Source: Rickettsiales bacterium (GTDB lineage: Bacteria; Pseudomonadota; Alphaproteobacteria; Rickettsiales; UBA998). From it: DNA of 64,000 bases. The position numbers and the translations under genes are program-made. Positions 59,704 through 64,000 of the stretch are shown here, in pieces. The stretch lies in assembly GCA_028279475.1 (NCBI GenBank), contig JANQNR010000019.1, positions 6,044-70,043 of the forward strand, in the 5' to 3' direction. The notes under the pieces are model-generated. The model worked only from the letters and a program-made list of their open reading frames with translations. It did not search any database and was not told the DNA's origin. Each line of letters opens with the position of its first letter. The stretch's first letter is position 1.

Positions 59704-59793
59704 TGGCGGAGGGACAGGGATTCGAACCCTGGAAGGAGTTGCCCCCTTGCCGGTTTTCAAGACCGGTGCATTCAACCGCTCTGCCATCCCTCC
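59704..59793 (-). tRNA. tRNA-Ser(TGA)
   Basis: GGAGGGA/TCCCTCC acceptor, loop CTTGAAA, long variable arm, GTTCGAA, GCCA; 90 nt. Confidence 0.97.
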
Positions 59794-59905
59794 GAAACGC
59801 TGAACCAGCGAGCGCCTAACCTAGAAAATATCGTGGTCGCTTGTAAAGTGGAATTCTTGTTTTTCTTCATCCTATCTTAAACTATGGTCGATAGAGAGGT
59901 AGAGT

Positions 59906-61573
59906 ATGGATAATTTGCTAAGTTTATTAATGCGTGAGCTGGATGTCATCTGGGCGGCGCATCGGGCGGTGGGGCTGGAAGGTTCCATGTGCCTGTATAC
60001 GCTGGACGGGCAGGAACCATGGCGTTCGGACAAGCAGGGACTGACACGCTGGTTCACACATGAAGAGACCTCTGACGCCCTGACTGAACTGATTACGCAC
60101 TACAATGAAGGCAACCTGCCAAACTCCAGTATGTTGTTGAATCCGATCATCCATCATCAGGATGGGGAGGGCTACAAGCCGGTCGGCAGTGGAGTATTCT
60201 GGGCGACGGCCTTTGCGCTGGGGATCGCCGAACTAACACCGGATCAGATGCAACGGCCACTGGATAAGGGCGTCTTATGCAGTCATTTCCATCGGGGCGA
60301 TGATACGCAGGCCGGAATTAAACTGCTGGGAATTTCAGATAAGGTACTGGAACCGGAAGCTGACGGTATCAGTGTGAACGGATGTCGTGCGCTCTATGAT
60401 CTGACGGATGTAAAGAGTGAGCCCTATGCACCGTATTATCCTTTATCCGGCCTGAACTACCTGAGTCTGCACGGGATTTTTAATCATCCGGATATTACCC
60501 ATTCCTTCCCGGAGCCGTTGCAAGAAGCACCGGCGGAGCAGGTGGTCAAGGAAACACAGATCAATGTACAAACGGTGTTGGATGCCACGGAATGTTTCAT
60601 TGCCTATGACCGGTTGCATCGCCTCTATACCCATTTCGGACAAGATACGAAGGATATTCCCCACAATACGCGGTTTTTCAATCTCTGCGCCCGCGATCTT
60701 GACCTGTTCGACCGTACCGGGCCAATGCGGATCGGCTCGGATGAGACCTTTGAATTTATCGTGCCGGGCTATATCCCACGAGGTGCCGTGACACTACTGG
60801 CCGCTTCCGGGGGGACGGGGAAGAGTAGTGCTGCGCACCAACTCTGTGTACTGTCGGCCATTGATTATGAGGAAGGCGAAGAGCCGCCGACCTGGTTGGG
60901 GCAGCCGATCAATACCAACGTGACCAAAGGGGTCTGCGTCTATTTCTCCGGGGAGGATGGTCCGGCGATCATCAATGCGCGGGGTGAGTTGTTTGACCCG
61001 GAGGGGCGGGCGCAGCGCCTGCAATTCCACCGTACCGAGTTTGCCGATCAGGATATTAGTTTCGGTGAGTATCTGTTGCGCCTGCGCAAAATGCCGGACG
61101 TATCGCTGGTGGTGGTCGACCCGGCGCGGAAATATCTCAGCGGGGATGAGGACAATTCCGACGTGGTCAGTGAGTTCTTTGAAGCGATTGAGGAATTTGC
61201 GATTGAGAAGAATTGCGGCATGATTATCGTGCATCACTTGCAGAAAGGTGCGCGTCCGACCAATTCAAGGGAAGTGCTGGATGAGTTGCGCGGTTCGCAG
61301 GTGTTCATCGACCGGGCGCGGGTCGTGCTGGGGATGTGCCGCGATGAGAAACATACCATTATCGGCCTGTCGAAATGTAACATTCCGCCGAATCTGGGGA
61401 TGGTACAGGAAGAGCGGATTTTCACACGGAATCCGGAGAATTTGCAGTTGATCTGGTTGCCGGGCGAATCAGGGGTGCGGCGTGATTACCTGACGAAAGA
61501 AGAGATTGAGGCGCTGGAGTTCGAACAGTTTCAGGAACAATTGCAGCCGAAGAAAGAAGAAAAAAGTAAGTAG
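59906..61573 (+). CDS. RecA-superfamily ATPase (RepA helicase/AAA_25-like) with unknown N-terminal domain
   Basis: Walker A ASGGTGKS, YFSGED, Walker B VVVDP, IVHHLQK, LRGS. Confidence 0.8.
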   Translation: MDNLLSLLMRELDVIWAAHRAVGLEGSMCLYTLDGQEPWRSDKQGLTRWFTHEETSDALTELITHYNEGNLPNSSMLLNPIIHHQDGEGYKPVGSGVFWATAFALGIAELTPDQMQRPLDKGVLCSHFHRGDDTQAGIKLLGISDKVLEPEADGISVNGCRALYDLTDVKSEPYAPYYPLSGLNYLSLHGIFNHPDITHSFPEPLQEAPAEQVVKETQINVQTVLDATECFIAYDRLHRLYTHFGQDTKDIPHNTRFFNLCARDLDLFDRTGPMRIGSDETFEFIVPGYIPRGAVTLLAASGGTGKSSAAHQLCVLSAIDYEEGEEPPTWLGQPINTNVTKGVCVYFSGEDGPAIINARGELFDPEGRAQRLQFHRTEFADQDISFGEYLLRLRKMPDVSLVVVDPARKYLSGDEDNSDVVSEFFEAIEEFAIEKNCGMIIVHHLQKGARPTNSREVLDELRGSQVFIDRARVVLGMCRDEKHTIIGLSKCNIPPNLGMVQEERIFTRNPENLQLIWLPGESGVRRDYLTKEEIEALEFEQFQEQLQPKKEEKSK

Positions 61574-61602
61574 CCCAGAGCGCTGGGATCACTGTGCTGC
61601 AC

Positions 61603-61686
61603 TGTCATGCCGTCGAATGACGGCATCCGGCCAGACCCCGGCACCCGCTGCGCCAGCGCTAGCTCGGCGAGTTCGCCGGGGTGACA
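61603..61686. repeat. GTCA...TGAC palindromic element
   Basis: TGTCATGCCGTCGAATGACGGCATCCGGCCAGACCCCGG...CCGGGGTGACA. Confidence 0.8.
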
Positions 61687-61720
61687 AATCGTACGGTCTC
61701 ATTGAATATTGCTGTGGGTG

Positions 61721-62101
61721 CTACCCGATATACGCTTCCTGCCCCTGTGGTTGCTGGCGTCGCCCCTTCTCATAATCCTGCCATTTAGTGCTTTGTGGCA
61801 CTTGTGGTTCAGGTTTTTTATTACCAAACGCCATTTTACCAGCAATGGCGGTAGCCAGTGCGGTACCGGCAACGGCAGCAACCTTGGTTTTTGTGTCCAT
61901 ACCACCCCATACTTCCTGCACTTTAGATCCAGCATTTTTTGCTACATCTGTTGCTTTTCCAAAAATACCTTTATCTCCACCTGCCGGAATCTTAGTGCTT
62001 TCTAAAGTCACCGCTGGCACATCTACTGTAACTGGAGCCGGAACAATATCTGTGCTCCCTCGACCACTTCTAATCTCATCCATCCAACTAAACATTCCCA
62101 T
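61721..62101 (-). CDS. Orphan protein with hydrophobic helix; candidate effector
   Basis: MGMFSW start with RBS AGGA; tail STKWQDYEKGRRQQPQGQEAYIG. Confidence 0.7.
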   Translation of the reverse strand: MGMFSWMDEIRSGRGSTDIVPAPVTVDVPAVTLESTKIPAGGDKGIFGKATDVAKNAGSKVQEVWGGMDTKTKVAAVAGTALATAIAGKMAFGNKKPEPQVPQSTKWQDYEKGRRQQPQGQEAYIG

Positions 62102-62133
62102 AACAGTATCCTGCTTTCTTATCCTATCCTTAT

Positions 62134-62167
62134 AGTATGCCATGAAATCATGACAAATTCATGAAGG
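62134..62167 (-). promoter_or_regulatory. PhoB/OmpR-type box plus -10
   Basis: CCTTCAT-GAAT-TTGTCAT, 10 nt, CATACT. Confidence 0.6.
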
Positions 62168-62300
62168 TAAAGAAAAAAGTGCTGTTGTATTGGAGAGGAT
62201 GCTATCGCCTAACGCGTTATTACGCTATTCGATCCACGAAACAAGCCTGTCATTTCTGAAGATGATGTATGTCCATGGATCGCCCGGAATGGCAGAAAAA

Positions 62301-62315
62301 TTAATGAATATTTAA
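62301..62315. promoter_or_regulatory. CtrA-type box
   Basis: TTAA-TGAATAT-TTAA upstream of the 62439 ORF. Confidence 0.45.
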
Positions 62316-62438
62316 TGAATGCCTCAGGTTTGGCTTGCATGGTGGGAGGAGGTGCCCTATACTCTTCCTATCTTTTTTGCGGTCCGAGGCTGCTTAAACA
62401 ATGTTTTTTTTTGTTGTACAATATTGGAGGTGTATCCC

Positions 62439-62684
62439 ATGCAAGGATATGTTTCTGTTAAAAAGATTCAAGCTTTGATTCAAGAAATTCAGGAGGCTCC
62501 GTTTTCTGACACTGAATATAATACAGTGACTGGGAGTTGGTACACTGAACATGAATTCAAAGAAGCTCAGAGGCTCAAAGTGGAAACACTTAAGCTATTG
62601 CTTGTAGAGCAAGAGACCAGCCCAAACCCTCTTACGAGGAAGAAGGCGGAGCCTCCGCAACCTACTTGCACATTCATGACCTAA
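62439..62684 (+). CDS. Hypothetical protein (81 aa)
   Basis: Strong RBS GGAGGTG; followed by terminator AACCGGCA...TGCCGGTT-ATTTTTT. Confidence 0.6.
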   Translation: MQGYVSVKKIQALIQEIQEAPFSDTEYNTVTGSWYTEHEFKEAQRLKVETLKLLLVEQETSPNPLTRKKAEPPQPTCTFMT

Positions 62685-62811
62685 GTAGTATCATGACCTA
62701 ACCAACCGGCATCCTCGGCACTGCCGGTTATTTTTTGCCTGCCGGTTGCCAATCCCCTCGCACCGATATTCATATTTACCCCATCCACGTTATCCGCTAA
62801 GCATGCGCCCT

Positions 62812-64000
62812 ATGAACAATGAGGAACTGCGCGAACAGATACGGCTGGTCATTGCCGGACATGTCGATCATGGCAAATCGACATTGATCGGGCGGCTGGT
62901 GCATGACACCGGCCATCTGCCCGACGGCAAATATGAGCAGATACGCGCTGGGTGTGAGCGCCGGGGCGTCGCGTTTGAGTGGTCATTCCTGATGGATGCA
63001 TTGCAGGCAGAGCGATCGCAAGGCATTACCATCGATATGACGCAGCTCTGGTTACGGCTGGAGGCGCGGGATTACGTCCTGATCGATGCACCCGGCCACC
63101 ATGAGTTCCTCAAGAACATGATGACCGGGGCGGCGGAGGCCGATGCCGCGATTTTGATGGTCGATGTCGCTGAGGGGATGCGCGAACAATCCCGCAAACA
63201 TGCCTATCTGTTGCATTTGTTGGGCATTCGGCAGGTCATTGTGGTCATCAATAAAATGGATAAAGTCGGCTATGATCGTGCGCACTACGAAGAGGTGGCG
63301 GAGTCCTGCCGCGCCTATCTGGACACGATCGAACTTACCGCGCAGGCGATGATTCCGGTATCGGCCTATAATGGGGTCATGGTGCAGGAGGCCGGGGAGG
63401 CGATGCCATGGTATGACGGGATGACATTGGTCGAGGCGCTCGCCGGGCTGACGCCGGTTGCCCACAATGCCGATGCGCCATTGCGACTACCGGTGCAAGA
63501 TGTGTATAAGTTCGATGACCGGCGCATCATTGCCGGGACGCTGGAAAGCGGGCAGTTACGCGCCGGTGATGAGATTCTGATTTCTCCGGGTAATTATACG
63601 GCGCGTGTGGCGTCACTTGAGGGATGGCCAGCAGCAGGCGATGCGGCTGCCAGTGCTGGGCAGGCCATCGGCATCACGCTGGACGAGCAACGCTTTGTCG
63701 AGCGCGGACATGTTATCAGCCATGTAGTGCAGCCGCCGATCCTGACCAACCAGTTTTATGCTCGCCTGTTCTGGATGGGACATACACCGCTGACCGTCGG
63801 AGCGTCCTACACGCTGCGTATCAATACGGCGAGCTACCAGGCGGAGGTGCGCGCCATCCATCATGTAATCGATACCAACACACTGGAAGAAGTACCGTCG
63901 GATGTGGTGGCGCGCCATCAGGTGGCGGATATCTTGTGGCAGGTGCGTGGACTGGCCGTGCTGGATGCACATGACGATCTACCGGCCAGCGGGCGCTGTG
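62812..64000 (+). CDS. cysN: Sulfate adenylyltransferase large subunit (CysN/CysNC, NodQ-like), runs off the window
   Basis: Manual translation: [55 protein letters not shown]. Confidence 0.9.
   Translation, partial: MNNEELREQIRLVIAGHVDHGKSTLIGRLVHDTGHLPDGKYEQIRAGCERRGVAFEWSFLMDALQAERSQGITIDMTQLWLRLEARDYVLIDAPGHHEFLKNMMTGAAEADAAILMVDVAEGMREQSRKHAYLLHLLGIRQVIVVINKMDKVGYDRAHYEEVAESCRAYLDTIELTAQAMIPVSAYNGVMVQEAGEAMPWYDGMTLVEALAGLTPVAHNADAPLRLPVQDVYKFDDRRIIAGTLESGQLRAGDEILISPGNYTARVASLEGWPAAGDAAASAGQAIGITLDEQRFVERGHVISHVVQPPILTNQFYARLFWMGHTPLTVGASYTLRINTASYQAEVRAIHHVIDTNTLEEVPSDVVARHQVADILWQVRGLAVLDAHDDLPASGRC

Overview
Core-chromosome segment of an alphaproteobacterium. It carries Rickettsiales-type T4SS genes (virB4 with degenerate NTPase motifs, virB2, virB6), divL and mucR, yet keeps biosynthetic genes (argG, purA, purU, hisZ, ispDF, cysN). 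This suggests a metabolically richer, probably not strictly obligate-intracellular Rickettsiales relative (inference). The window holds about 60 CDS and 4 tRNAs (Leu-CAA, Leu-TAG, Ala-GGC, Ser-TGA), plus a hicAB module, an orphan terminase large subunit and comEC. A luxR-luxI cassette with a lux box and two unknown genes sits between convergent tRNAs. The most notable signal is a PhoB/OmpR-type 11-bp-period direct repeat upstream of virB2 and five scattered orphan loci with Pro/Thr-rich C-terminal tails. In five of the six promoters it lies 10-11 bp before a -10 hexamer, suggesting a co-regulated T4SS effector regulon. Other signals: a 141-bp element fused to the CCA ends of two different tRNA-Leu genes, a palindromic element inserted in-frame in IspD and Sua5 in different reading frames, and several CtrA boxes. 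All calls come from reading the sequence by eye; no database searches were run.
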